64,000 nucleotides of DNA, taken from the NCBI GenBank assembly GCA_035620375.1, contig DASPGX010000006.1, forward strand, positions 6,156 through 70,155, written 5' to 3'. The position numbers were made by a program, and so were the translations under genes. Below the pieces are notes generated by a model. That model was not told the DNA's origin. It was given only the letters and a program-made list of their open reading frames with translations, and did not search any database. Shown here piece after piece: positions 29,554-39,588 of the stretch; within the stretch, counting starts at the first letter, position 1, and each line of letters starts with the position of its first letter. Source of the DNA: Minisyncoccota bacterium (GTDB taxonomy: Bacteria; Patescibacteriota; Minisyncoccia; 2-02-FULL-40-12; GWA2-44-9).

Positions 29554-30279
29554 GTGTTTGATTACGATACGAACAAGGTCGTTCTTTCGGTGTACGCGGG
29601 AGCCGGGGGAGTGGATGCCCAGGACTGGGCATCCATGCTTCTGCGGATGTACCAGCGTTTCGCCGCCCGGAGAGGGTGGTCGTTTTCCGTTCTTGACCAG
29701 TCGCTGGGCGAACAAAAGGGAATTAAAAGCGCATCGGCGGAACTGGCGGGTGCGGGTGTCTATGATACACTGAAGGGCGAGAGCGGGGTGCACCGGCTGG
29801 TGCGTATCAGTCCGTTCTCGGCAAAACAGCTCCGGCACACGTCTTTCGCGCTCATTCAGGTCATGCCGGAGATCAAGGCCCAGGCATTGCACATCAATCC
29901 CGCGGACCTTGAATATGATACGTTCCGCGCCTCGGGGAAGGGAGGTCAGAACGTCAATAAAGTGGAAACCGCGGTCCGCGTGCGGCACAAGCCGACGGGG
30001 CTGGTGGTCGCCGTGCAGACGGAGCGCTCCCAGGCACAGAACCGTGAGAAGGCCCTGCAGCTGCTCGCATCGCGCCTCGCGGTGATGATGGAAGAGGCCA
30101 AAGTCAGCCAGCTGGACCAGCTCAAGCCCGAACTGAAGTCCGGTTCGGTGGACTGGGGAAGCCAAATCCGTTCGTATGTCCTGCACCCGTACCAGATGGT
30201 CAAGGACCACCGGACGGGCGTGAAGAGTTCCCAGCCGGACAAGGTACTGGACGGCGACCTGTCCAAATTTATTCCGTGA
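29554..30279 (+). CDS. prfB: peptide chain release factor 2, lacking the N-terminal domain
   Basis: [21 protein letters not shown] (SPF), [12 protein letters not shown]; precedes ftsEX. Confidence 0.88.
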   Translation: MFDYDTNKVVLSVYAGAGGVDAQDWASMLLRMYQRFAARRGWSFSVLDQSLGEQKGIKSASAELAGAGVYDTLKGESGVHRLVRISPFSAKQLRHTSFALIQVMPEIKAQALHINPADLEYDTFRASGKGGQNVNKVETAVRVRHKPTGLVVAVQTERSQAQNREKALQLLASRLAVMMEEAKVSQLDQLKPELKSGSVDWGSQIRSYVLHPYQMVKDHRTGVKSSQPDKVLDGDLSKFIP

Positions 30280-30959
30280 TAGAGCTCAACAACGTCTCCA
30301 CCGTCTATGATGACGATTTCGTCGCCCTGCACGGGGTGAGTCTTGCCATCAATCCCGGCGAGTTCGTCTCCATCGTCGGTCCGGCGGGAGCGGGCAAGTC
30401 CACGCTTCTGCGTCTGTTGACGCGCGAGTTGCGGCCGACCGAAGGGGTCGTCACCGTTGACGGCGTGGACCTTTCGCATATTCCCGACGACGACGTACCG
30501 TTGCTCCGGCGTAAAATCGGCACGGTATTCCAGGACTTCAAGCTGTTGTCCAACCGCAACGCGTTTGAGAACGTCGGCTATGCCATGGAGGTAGCGGGCG
30601 CCACGGAGGACGAGATTGCCGAAGACGTACCCAAGGCGCTGGACATCGTCGGTCTCGGGGACAAGCGGAACAATTTTCCGCACCAGCTCTCGGGTGGCGA
30701 GAAACAGCGTCTGGCAATCGCGCGTGCCCTTATTCACCGGCCGCGCATCATTCTTGCCGATGAGCCCACGGGAAACCTGGACATGGTCAACAGCCACGAC
30801 GTGATACAATTGCTCCTGAAGATTAACGCGCTGGGCACCACCGTCCTGCTCGTCACGCATAACCGCGACATCGTGAATACCGTGAACCGGCGCGTGGTGA
30901 CCATGGAGACCGGGCGCATCGTCCGGGACCAGACGCAGCACGGTAAATACATCATTTAG
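30276..30959 (+). CDS. ftsE: cell division ATP-binding protein FtsE
   Basis: [34 protein letters not shown]. Confidence 0.93.
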   Translation: MIELNNVSTVYDDDFVALHGVSLAINPGEFVSIVGPAGAGKSTLLRLLTRELRPTEGVVTVDGVDLSHIPDDDVPLLRRKIGTVFQDFKLLSNRNAFENVGYAMEVAGATEDEIAEDVPKALDIVGLGDKRNNFPHQLSGGEKQRLAIARALIHRPRIILADEPTGNLDMVNSHDVIQLLLKINALGTTVLLVTHNRDIVNTVNRRVVTMETGRIVRDQTQHGKYII

Positions 30960-30968
30960 TCCGCATTT

Positions 30969-31880
30969 ATGCTGAAAGAAAAGCTCCGAAGGGTATTCGC
31001 GGCCGGGTGGAAGAATTTCCGCCGGAACCGGTACGTCAGCATCGGCACGACCGGGGTGATGTCGCTCGTTCTGCTGCTGTTCCTGTGCCTGGTCGGAGTC
31101 AACTTCCTGGGCTCGGTGCTGGTACAGAACCTGGAGGGGAAGGTTGACGTGCGGCTGTATCTGAAGAACGAGGCGACGGACGACGAAGTGAAGACCATCC
31201 GCACGGAACTGGAAGCGCTCAATTCGGTGAAGTACGTGGACTTCGTGTCCCGCGAACAGGCATTGGCCGAGTTCAAGGAACGGCACGCCAACGACGCGCT
31301 CATTCAGCAATCGCTGTCCGAGCTTCCCGACAACCCGTTGCAGGCGTGGTTGAACATCAAAGCGACTGACGCGACGCAGTACGCGTCCATCGTCGGATTC
31401 CTTGAGGCCAGCCGCATGCGCAGCGTCATTGATAAAATCAACTATTACGACAACGAGGCGGTCATCGGCCGCATCCAGGGAATCTCGCACGCAGTGCAGA
31501 ACTGGGGAATGATCGGTACCTTGCTGCTCGCCTTCATCTCGGTGCTGGTCGCGTTCAACACGGTCAGGCTCACCATATACAACCAGAAGCAGGAGATTGA
31601 GATTCAGCGGCTCGTGGGTGCGTCCAACTGGTATATCCGGGCGCCGTATATGATAGAAGGGGTACTGTACGGCGGATTCGCAACTGCCATCGCGCTGGTG
31701 CTCTTCTTCGGGGGACTGCAGTTCGCATCTCCGAAGGTCGCCGTGCTGATGCCCGGCGTGTCGCTCATGGGATACTTCGCCGGCAACGTCGTTCAGATTA
31801 TCGGCATGACCCTGTTTGCCGGCATCGCCCTGGGAGTCGTTTCATCGCTTGTTGCCATCCGGCGCTTCCTCAACGTATAG
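30969..31880 (+). CDS. ftsX: cell division permease FtsX
   Basis: four TMs, NPL, NTVRLTI, EIEIQRLVGAS. Confidence 0.93.
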   Translation: MLKEKLRRVFAAGWKNFRRNRYVSIGTTGVMSLVLLLFLCLVGVNFLGSVLVQNLEGKVDVRLYLKNEATDDEVKTIRTELEALNSVKYVDFVSREQALAEFKERHANDALIQQSLSELPDNPLQAWLNIKATDATQYASIVGFLEASRMRSVIDKINYYDNEAVIGRIQGISHAVQNWGMIGTLLLAFISVLVAFNTVRLTIYNQKQEIEIQRLVGASNWYIRAPYMIEGVLYGGFATAIALVLFFGGLQFASPKVAVLMPGVSLMGYFAGNVVQIIGMTLFAGIALGVVSSLVAIRRFLNV

Positions 31881-31939
31881 AATCTTCGCGACAGTTGCGC
31901 ATACAAAATTTGAACGGGCCCCGAGGGGCCCGTTGGCGT

Positions 31940-32935
31940 TCATTTCTCCTTTGCGACCAGATACCAGTCGGAGCGGACCATAATGTTCACCATCTGACGG
32001 AATCCGTACGCCGGCCGCCAATCCAGCACGCGGTATGCCTTTGCCGGATTGCCGACCAGGAGGTCCACCTCTGCGGGGCGTAGGTCCGCGGGATTGTTCC
32101 AGACGATGTGTTTCCCGGGGTTCAGGCCGGCAGACTCGAACGCAGCCTCGGCGAACTCCCGTACCGTGCGTGTCTCGCCCGTGGCGACGACGAAATCGTC
32201 CGGCCGTTCCTGCTGAAGCATCAGCCACATTGCCCGGACGTAATCCGGGGCGTATCCCCAGTCGCGGCGCGCATCGGGGTTGCCCAGCTCCAGCCGGTCG
32301 GCCTTGCCGTGCGCGATGCGCGCGGCACCGTGCGTGATTTTCCGTGTGACGAATTCCATGCCGCGCCGCTGGGATTCATGGTTGAACAGAATGCCCGTGG
32401 ACACGAAGAGGGGCGGGTCGTTCCGTTCTCGGTAGTACCGGGCGAGATGGAACCCGGCGACCTTGCTGATGCCGTACGGAGAACGGGGATGCAGGGGAGT
32501 TTCCTCGTCCTGCGGGACGCGCTCCGCCTTGCCGAACATCTCGCTTGAGCCGGCGAAGTATACCCGCGCCTCCGGCGCGTACCGCCGGCATGCGTCCAGG
32601 ACGAAGTGCACGCCGTTGATGTTCGTGTTCATCGTGGAGAACTCGTCCTCGAACGATGCCGCGACAAACGACTGCGCCGCAAGGTGGTACACCTCGTCCG
32701 GCCGGATGTCCTGCACGACACGGCAGATGCTCGGGTAGCTCTCCAGCGAGCCCTGGTGCAGGGTGACGGAGCCTCCTTGGACGTGGTCCGCGATGCGTGA
32801 CAGCCGCTGCCGCTGGTCCTCGGCGGCGACGCGCCGGACCATGCCGTGCACGTCGTACTGCAGGCTAACCAGGAGTTCGGCCAGATACGAACCGTCCTGG
32901 CCGGTGATTCCCGTGATGAGTGCTTTCTTTCTCAC
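31940..32935 (-). CDS. gmd: GDP-mannose 4,6-dehydratase
   Basis: ALITGITGQDGSYLAE, LAAQSFV, SSEMFG, RSPYG.SK, LFNHES, RDWG. Confidence 0.95.
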   Translation of the reverse strand: MRKKALITGITGQDGSYLAELLVSLQYDVHGMVRRVAAEDQRQRLSRIADHVQGGSVTLHQGSLESYPSICRVVQDIRPDEVYHLAAQSFVAASFEDEFSTMNTNINGVHFVLDACRRYAPEARVYFAGSSEMFGKAERVPQDEETPLHPRSPYGISKVAGFHLARYYRERNDPPLFVSTGILFNHESQRRGMEFVTRKITHGAARIAHGKADRLELGNPDARRDWGYAPDYVRAMWLMLQQERPDDFVVATGETRTVREFAEAAFESAGLNPGKHIVWNNPADLRPAEVDLLVGNPAKAYRVLDWRPAYGFRQMVNIMVRSDWYLVAKEK

Positions 32936-33090
32936 GCTGCCTCTCCTTGGAAAGGAATGGTGGATAATACCACATTTTCATAGAATTGCAAAATGTGAGT
33001 CCGCCATGTATACTTTTCAGGTCATTCCAGTAAGTTGTAGCCCCTCGGCTACGCTCGGGGCAATTTCACCCGGGCGATGCCGGGTCAAAT

Positions 33091-33161
33091 TGCGGGGTCG
33101 TCTAATGGTAGGACACGTGCCTCTGGAGCACGGTATCTTGGTTCGAGTCCAAGCCCCGCAG
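33091..33161 (+). tRNA. tRNA-Gln(CTG)
   Basis: TGCGGGGTCGTCTAATGGTAGGACACGTGCCTCTGGAGCACGGTATCTTGGTTCGAGTCCAAGCCCCGCAG. Confidence 0.94.
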
Positions 33162-33170
33162 CAATTATAA

Positions 33171-33197
33171 TTAACGGCTCACCGCGTGAGCCGTTAA
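33171..33197. repeat. palindrome CGGCTCA-N5-TGAGCCG family, copy 3
   Basis: TTAACGGCTCA-CCGCG-TGAGCCGTTAA directly after tRNA-Gln. Confidence 0.65.
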
Positions 33198-33334
33198 AGA
33201 GCCGCCATCCGGCGCCTTGCGCCGGCCCACATCCAAACCCGAAATCCTACGGCCCGTTGGCCTCAGGATGATCTGCAACGGGGACGCAAATCAAAAGGAG
33301 CGGGGGTGAGCCCGCTCCCGTGAAACGGAAGACG

Positions 33335-34171
33335 TCAGTCGGTGTCGCTCAGATGCTCCATGAACGTGGACTGGACGGCGCCGAAGCGCTCGAATCCCTC
33401 CATGATCCAGGACGCGGCGAGCCCGCGGGAGTCCTTGCCGGCGTAGAACCGCAGTGCCGTGTTGGCGGCGTCGGCGGCGTACTCGAAGTGGTCCGCCTCC
33501 ACGCTGGTGTGGATGAACACCCAGTAGTAGGCGTTGTGCTTGTTCCCGGACAGCCGGACGGTCGTCTTTTCCAGGTGAGCGGCCAGCGCCTGCCACTGCT
33601 CCTTCAGGTAGGCGTCCAGGATGTTGAACTCGGCGTCCGCCAGGATTTCCGAACCCATGTGGAAACCCAGACCCCGGAACAGGCGCTGGTCGTTCAACGT
33701 CTCGCTGATTCCGTAGCCGGCCTTGACCCGCTCGATCGCCAGCGTCGTGGCGTGGGCCCCGCGGGAGATGAGCTCCACCACGGTTCCGGGCGCGATGCCC
33801 AGGTACTCCGCGGTCGCCTTCAGGGTCGCCTGGGCCAGCATCCGGTGCGTGTCCAGATGCGGCATCCTGCGGTCGTCGAACTCGTCGATGGCGGCGGCGA
33901 AGACGCGGGCGGCCACCTCCGTGCTCTTGTCCGCGATGTTCGCGATGGGCTCCTCCGGGTCGCGGAACAGGTCGCGGCGGATGGCCAGCTCGCCGGCCAG
34001 ATTCGCCACGCCTCCGCCGAAGATACCGTTGAACTGGATGTAGCGGCCCAAAACCCTGATGAGGTCCTCCGGTCCGGCGATTGTCTCCAGCTGGTTCCGG
34101 AAGGTCCGGTTGCCCACGTGCTTGTCCACGAGGGGCTGCACCATCTCGCGGGTGATTGCGGTCGTCCCCAT
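33335..34171 (-). CDS. heme-oxygenase-like diiron (HDO/TenA-fold) protein
   Basis: all-helical; DE...H, GSE and HTSVEADH (HxxxExxH) ligand pattern; AGGAGG SD. Confidence 0.6.
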   Translation of the reverse strand: MGTTAITREMVQPLVDKHVGNRTFRNQLETIAGPEDLIRVLGRYIQFNGIFGGGVANLAGELAIRRDLFRDPEEPIANIADKSTEVAARVFAAAIDEFDDRRMPHLDTHRMLAQATLKATAEYLGIAPGTVVELISRGAHATTLAIERVKAGYGISETLNDQRLFRGLGFHMGSEILADAEFNILDAYLKEQWQALAAHLEKTTVRLSGNKHNAYYWVFIHTSVEADHFEYAADAANTALRFYAGKDSRGLAASWIMEGFERFGAVQSTFMEHLSDTD

Positions 34172-34326
34172 GAATCCTCCTGAGCTTTCAGTGTTCTTGC
34201 GACGGGCATATCATACACCATAAACTTGTATCCGGCAAGGATGTCTTGACGCAACCGTATATATAATGTATTTTCCTTCCGCGTCAGGTCCGCTTTCCGG
34301 CACCTGAACAACCCAGAGGAGGGTCA

Positions 34327-34926
34327 ATGAAGTTCGTCACCGGCCTGCTTGCCGCGTCGTTCCTGCTCGCCGCGGGCGCCGCGTCCGCGCAGGTACTCAC
34401 CCCCGCGGAGACGCTGGGCAAGGGAAACGACACGTTTTTCCTGTCGGAGAACCATCTCTTCGTGGACGGCGACCGCCTGAACATCGCCTACGCCGGCTAC
34501 ATGCGCGGCGTGACGGAGCGCGCGGACGTCTACGGGTACGCCGGCGTCACGCACATCTTCGGCGAGGACCAGGTCTGGCTGGGCATCGGCGGCAACGTGC
34601 GCCTGTTCCGGTACAAGGGCTTCACCGTCTCGTCGTTCAACGTCCTGTCCACCGGTCTGCACCGGCGGAGCGAGTCCTCCACGGTGCTGTGGAACACGGC
34701 CGCCGTGGTCAGCCGCAACCTGTCGCAGTCGGTGTCCGTCTGGAGCGGCGTGAATGCACTCCTGCCGCTGGGCAACCGCGAGCAGGGCCTGTTCACCCCG
34801 CCCGACTACGAGTGGAACGTCCCCGTCGGGGCGTCCTGGCTCATCAACGACCGGTTCGGCGTGTACGGCGAGGTGGACTTCGGCCACGTCACCGCCGTCG
34901 GCGTCGGGCTCTCCATCGCCAACTGA
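34327..34926 (+). CDS. secreted beta-strand-rich protein (beta-barrel-like)
   Basis: signal peptide; alternating hydrophobic strands with aromatic residues; GAGGAGG SD. Confidence 0.65.
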   Translation: MKFVTGLLAASFLLAAGAASAQVLTPAETLGKGNDTFFLSENHLFVDGDRLNIAYAGYMRGVTERADVYGYAGVTHIFGEDQVWLGIGGNVRLFRYKGFTVSSFNVLSTGLHRRSESSTVLWNTAAVVSRNLSQSVSVWSGVNALLPLGNREQGLFTPPDYEWNVPVGASWLINDRFGVYGEVDFGHVTAVGVGLSIAN

Positions 34927-35090
34927 ACCCCGCCCGCCCGATCGCTTCCGCGAGAGGGCGGGTTCCTGTTTTCCGGAGTTGTCCGCGGACTATTGACTTT
35001 TATATATAATATTGTAGTATCTTGCCGCAACATGGACGTTCACAACTGAGTAAAGGACCCTACGAAAACCGCAGAAAGAGAGGTGGCAAT

Positions 35091-35345
35091 GTGACATCAG
35101 GCGGCAAGGCACCTCTCCGGGCCATCGTGCAGGGCACCTATGGGCCGTCCGGCGGCAGGTATGCCGTCGGGACCGCGACGACCGTTACCGGCTCCATCAC
35201 GTTCTCCCTGAAACGGGACGTGTGGGGCGAGGGGCGGGAGCCGCGGGCAGGCGAAGAGGTGTTTCTGGACGACATCACCCGGAACAGAGAAGGGTGGCGG
35301 GCCAACAGGGCGCGGCTCATCCGGCTCGGCGACGGGCAGGGATAG
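35091..35345 (+). CDS. small OB-fold-like hypothetical protein
   Basis: GAGGTGG SD before GTG; ITFSL..W...P..G..V...GWRA. Confidence 0.55.
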   Translation: MTSGGKAPLRAIVQGTYGPSGGRYAVGTATTVTGSITFSLKRDVWGEGREPRAGEEVFLDDITRNREGWRANRARLIRLGDGQG

Positions 35346-35387
35346 CCGTTCAAGCAACGAGCAACGAGAAGTGAGAAAGGAGAACCG

Positions 35388-36047
35388 ATGAGTTTTCTGG
35401 CAAGACTGAAGGAGACGCTGAATCCGTTCGAAGAGGTGCCCGACAAGGGCGCCGCCGCCGAGACGGAGGACGCTCCGGAGACGCCGGTCCGCACGGGCCG
35501 GGGCCGTGGCGCTCCGTCCGTCATCTTCCCGAAGGTCGCCCCGACGGCGGCCGGCGTGGACGACGGCACGGTGGACGACTTCCTCAAGCAGCTCCGTGCC
35601 GAGACGGCGAGCAGGCGCTCGGCAGGACACACCGCGTTCTACGAAAAGCTGGACGCGCTGGTGGAGTTCGTTCCCGATCCGGGCAGCCGGTACAAGGCCG
35701 CCCTCAAGACGGCCAAGGGCGTGACCGCCAAGGACCTCCTGGCTTCCATCACCGCCGTGGAAACGGCGCTCGGTGAGGAGTCCAAGGAGTTCGAGGCGGA
35801 AATCGGCTCGGCCGAGGAGCGGGAAGTCATCGGCGCGCGCGCCGAGGCGGAGGCAATCGACGGTCAGATCGAGACGCTCAACCAGCAGCTCGGCGAGCTG
35901 CGGGCCAAGCGTACGTCGCTGGCCGGCGGCATCTCCAACGCGGAGCGCAAGTACGCGGGTCTCCGCGCGGCGTTCAGCAAGGCGCTCGGCACGTTCAAGA
36001 GAGAGCTGGACGCCGAGCGGACCAACATCACGACCCACCTGGGCTGA
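35388..36047 (+). CDS. coiled-coil hypothetical protein
   Basis: AAGGAG SD; C-terminal coiled coil; first gene of the operon. Confidence 0.8.
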   Translation: MSFLARLKETLNPFEEVPDKGAAAETEDAPETPVRTGRGRGAPSVIFPKVAPTAAGVDDGTVDDFLKQLRAETASRRSAGHTAFYEKLDALVEFVPDPGSRYKAALKTAKGVTAKDLLASITAVETALGEESKEFEAEIGSAEEREVIGARAEAEAIDGQIETLNQQLGELRAKRTSLAGGISNAERKYAGLRAAFSKALGTFKRELDAERTNITTHLG

Positions 36048-36077
36048 CATCCGGGCACGGAAGAAAGGAGAACAGAC

Positions 36078-37136
36078 ATGCACGGTATGGAAATTCCGGG
36101 CTCGGGGCAGGGGAAGTCGTTCTGGGAGCGGCCGGAGGGCACTGCCGGAATGATTTTCGGCCTCCTGGCCATCGCGGCCGGCGTGGTCGGTCTGGGCTTG
36201 GCCCTGCCGTTCCTCATCGGCCTGGTGCAGAACCTCATCACGCTCGTCGGGCTCGGCCTGACGCTCATTCCGATGGCGGTCCTGCTTTTCGCGATGCTCT
36301 GGGTCGTCATGGACAAGCGCTTCTGGACGCTCGGCTGGTACCTCTACAAGTCGGCGATGCGGAAGATCACTTCGATGTTCGTGGAGATCGACCCCATCGG
36401 CATCATGAAGAGCTACGTGGAGAGCCTGCAGGACAAGCGGAACGAGATGGCCAGGAACATCAAGGACCTGTCCGGACAGTTCCGCGTCCTCGGCGAGAAG
36501 ATCCAGGCCAATCAGCGCGAGGGCGAAGCCGCCCTCAAGATGGCCGCAGTCGCCCGCCGGGAGAACGAGAAGACGACGGTCGCCCTGGAGTCCCGCAAGG
36601 CCGGAAGGCTCAAGCGGGCCAACATCGACCTCATCGACTTGCACAAGAAGATCGAGCTGACGCTGCGGGTGCTCAAGAAGTACCACGACGTCGCCGGCGT
36701 CATCATCGCCGACATCGAGCACGAGGTGAAGGTGCAGGAGGACAAGCGGAGCAGCATCCGCAAGGCCTACGGCGCCTTCAAGCAGGCGATGGCCATCTTC
36801 AACGGCGACCCCGACAAGATGGAGATGTTCAACATGGCGATGGAGAGCGTCGCCAACGACTACGGACAGAAGCTCGGCGAAATCGAGTACTTCATCGACT
36901 CGTCCGAGTCCATTATCAAGGGCATCGACCTGCAGAACATGCAGTTCGAGGAAGAGGCCCTGGCGATGCTGGACGAGTGGGAGTCCAAGGCCGACGACCT
37001 GCTCATGGACCCCGTCGAAAAGCGGAACATCATGTCCCAGTCATACAGCGACACCGAAGTTCTCGACGTCGATGCGCTCGGGAGCCAGGTGACGGAGCAG
37101 CCGGTCAGGCGCAGCAAGTACCTGTCCGGCAACTGA
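36078..37136 (+). CDS. membrane-anchored PspA/IM30-like coiled-coil protein
   Basis: two N-terminal TMs, then DP...long amphipathic helices. Confidence 0.65.
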   Translation: MHGMEIPGSGQGKSFWERPEGTAGMIFGLLAIAAGVVGLGLALPFLIGLVQNLITLVGLGLTLIPMAVLLFAMLWVVMDKRFWTLGWYLYKSAMRKITSMFVEIDPIGIMKSYVESLQDKRNEMARNIKDLSGQFRVLGEKIQANQREGEAALKMAAVARRENEKTTVALESRKAGRLKRANIDLIDLHKKIELTLRVLKKYHDVAGVIIADIEHEVKVQEDKRSSIRKAYGAFKQAMAIFNGDPDKMEMFNMAMESVANDYGQKLGEIEYFIDSSESIIKGIDLQNMQFEEEALAMLDEWESKADDLLMDPVEKRNIMSQSYSDTEVLDVDALGSQVTEQPVRRSKYLSGN

Positions 37137-37182
37137 TTCGCGCATCACTCATCGGACAACGAACAGAAAGGAGCATTGAGCA

Positions 37183-38730
37183 ATGGCAAGGCAAATGAAG
37201 GCCGGGCACAAGTTCGTCCTGATCCTGCTCGTCATGAGCGGCATCGGCGCGGCCGGGTGGTTCGGCTGGCCGTACCTGGAGAAGCTGGCTCCGCCCAGCA
37301 GGGGCGCCTCGGGCGGTTCGTCCGCCCCCGTCGCCATCCCGAACAACAGCAAGTACGACCTGGTGCGGGTCGCGGTGGTCACCTGGGGTGGCTACGCCGG
37401 CGGCCAGTACTTCAACCGCGGATTCAAGCCGAATCCGGACTCCCGGTACATCCAGGAGTACGGACTCCCGGTGGAGTTCGTGGTGATGGACGACTACCTG
37501 GCGTCGCGCGAGGCGTGGAAGGCCGGCGAGGTCCACCTGTTGTGGGCTACCGCCGACTCGTTCCCGACCGAGGCGTCCAGCATGGCGTCCTTCGAGCCCA
37601 CCATCGTCTTCCAGTCCGACTGGTCCCGCGGCGGCGACGTCATCGTCTCCCGCGAGGGCATCGGTTCCATGCGCGACCTGCGGGGCAAGCGGGTGTCGGT
37701 GGCGTTCGGTACGCCGTCGCACACGTTCCTGCTGCGCATGCTGGAGTCCGCGGGCATGAGCGTCCGCGACATCCAGATCGTGGAGGTCCCTTCGGCCATC
37801 GACTCCGCCGCGGCCTTCAAGGCCGGTCAGGTGGAGGCGGCGGTCGTCTGGTCCCCGGACGACGAGGACTGCGTCCAGTCCGTCCGCGGGTCCAAGCGCC
37901 TGGTCAGCACCAAGGAAGCGGCCTACATCATCGCGGACGTCTTCTACGGAAAGAAGGGCTGGGTGGAAAGCCACCAGGAAGAGCTCAAGGCGCTCGTCGA
38001 GGGATGGCTGCGCGGCGCGGCCGAGGTCAACACGAACCCGTCCGCCAAGGCGCAAGCCGTCCGCATCCTCGCCGAGGGCCTGAACCAGCCGGAGAGCTTC
38101 ACGGAGATCGCCATCAACAACGCGCGTCTGACGACGTACGGCGACAACGTGAACTTCTTCAACCTCAGCGGTAACGCCACCGGCGTGACCGGCGAGCGGC
38201 TGTACATGGAGACCGGAGCGCTCTACCAGGCCAACACGAACCTCGTGTCCGGCCGGCTGCCCAACTGGCGGCAGGTCACCGACACGAGCGCCCTGCGGGC
38301 GGTCAACCTGAACGGACCGGAGCACGCCGCCGAAGGGCAGTTCCAGTTCGCCAAGGCCACGCAGGCCCAGGCGTCCGCCGAGGCGTTCTCGTCCAAGGCG
38401 GTGTCGGTGAGCTTCCCGACGGGTTCGGCCACGCTGGACCCGAACGCGAGGACCATCATCGACCTGGGATTCGTTCCCACGGCCAAGGCGTTCGCCAGCG
38501 TGCGTATCCGCATCGAGGGCAACACGGACGTCACCGGCTCGTACGACACCAACAAGCGGCTGTCCGAAGCCCGCGCCCGCGCCGTCGCCGACTACCTCGC
38601 ACAGGAGTACGGCTTCGACCGGAACCGGTTCATCGTGGTCGGCAACGGCCCCGACAAGCCGGTGTGCCGCGACGATTCGGCGGACTGCTACGCCAGGAAC
38701 CGCCGGACCGACTTCGAGCTGCTGCAGTAG
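37183..38730 (+). CDS. ABC substrate-binding protein (SsuA/NMT1-like) fused to an OmpA peptidoglycan-binding domain
   Basis: W.GY, DWSRGGD, DLRGKRV; C-terminal IEGNTD, N..LS..RA.AV, NRRTDF. Confidence 0.88.
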   Translation: MARQMKAGHKFVLILLVMSGIGAAGWFGWPYLEKLAPPSRGASGGSSAPVAIPNNSKYDLVRVAVVTWGGYAGGQYFNRGFKPNPDSRYIQEYGLPVEFVVMDDYLASREAWKAGEVHLLWATADSFPTEASSMASFEPTIVFQSDWSRGGDVIVSREGIGSMRDLRGKRVSVAFGTPSHTFLLRMLESAGMSVRDIQIVEVPSAIDSAAAFKAGQVEAAVVWSPDDEDCVQSVRGSKRLVSTKEAAYIIADVFYGKKGWVESHQEELKALVEGWLRGAAEVNTNPSAKAQAVRILAEGLNQPESFTEIAINNARLTTYGDNVNFFNLSGNATGVTGERLYMETGALYQANTNLVSGRLPNWRQVTDTSALRAVNLNGPEHAAEGQFQFAKATQAQASAEAFSSKAVSVSFPTGSATLDPNARTIIDLGFVPTAKAFASVRIRIEGNTDVTGSYDTNKRLSEARARAVADYLAQEYGFDRNRFIVVGNGPDKPVCRDDSADCYARNRRTDFELLQ

Positions 38731-38743
38731 ACACACCGTTCCC

Positions 38744-38772
38744 GGGGTGGGGCGCAACGCCCCACCCCTTTT
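38744..38772 (+). terminator. intra-operon hairpin/terminator after the binding-protein gene
   Basis: GGGGTGGGGCG-CAA-CGCCCCACCCC-TTTT. Confidence 0.65.
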
Positions 38773-38793
38773 CCTTAATCAAGGAGAAGTCGC

Positions 38794-39588
38794 ATGAAGG
38801 GATTGTTCACGCTCCGCGGCGAGCTGACGAGGGTCCAGGAGATCGTGCTCGCCGCCGCCGGGACGGTGCTGCTGCTTGCGGGATGGTCCGCCGTGTCATC
38901 CACGGTCGGCCAGCCCAAGCTGCTTCCGTACCCGTCCGCGGTACTCGCCTCGTTCGCCGAGCTGCACTTCGAGGACGCGCTGGTACGCAACACCTTCGCG
39001 TCCATCAAGCTCAACGTGCTCGGCTACCTGGAGGCAATCGCCATCGCGCTGCCCCTGGGGTTCCTCATCGGCCTCGTGCCGTTGTTCCGGGGACTGTTCC
39101 ACCGGCACGTCGTCGCCCTGCGGTATCTGCCGCTGACGGCGGTCGTGGGGTTGTTCATCCTCTGGTTCGGCATCTACGGGACCATGAAGGTGCAGTTCCT
39201 CACGCTGGGCATCCTCGTCTACCTGCTTCCGGTGGTCGTGGACCGCATCGACGAGGTGCAGAGGGTCTACCTGGATACGGTCAAAACGCTGGGCGCAAGC
39301 GCCCTGCAGACCATCCGGACCGTGTACGTGCCCGACGTCTTGTCGCGCGTGTACGGGGACGTCGTGACGCTGGTGGCCATCAGCTGGACCTACATCATCA
39401 TCGCGGAAATCATCAACCTCGGTCAGGGCGGCATCGGCGCGCTGGTCTACCAGTCGGCGCGGCAGAGCCGGCCGGACAAGGTGTTCGCGGTCCTGGTGGT
39501 CATCATCGCCATCGGGTTCGTGCAGGATAAGGCGCTCAAGGGTCTGGGAAGGGTGCTCTTCCCGTACCGCTACGGCGCGGGGAGGTGA
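38794..39588 (+). CDS. ABC permease (SsuC/TauC-like)
   Basis: multiple TMs, RYLP, TLGA, SWTYIIIAE. Confidence 0.9.
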   Translation: MKGLFTLRGELTRVQEIVLAAAGTVLLLAGWSAVSSTVGQPKLLPYPSAVLASFAELHFEDALVRNTFASIKLNVLGYLEAIAIALPLGFLIGLVPLFRGLFHRHVVALRYLPLTAVVGLFILWFGIYGTMKVQFLTLGILVYLLPVVVDRIDEVQRVYLDTVKTLGASALQTIRTVYVPDVLSRVYGDVVTLVAISWTYIIIAEIINLGQGGIGALVYQSARQSRPDKVFAVLVVIIAIGFVQDKALKGLGRVLFPYRYGAGR

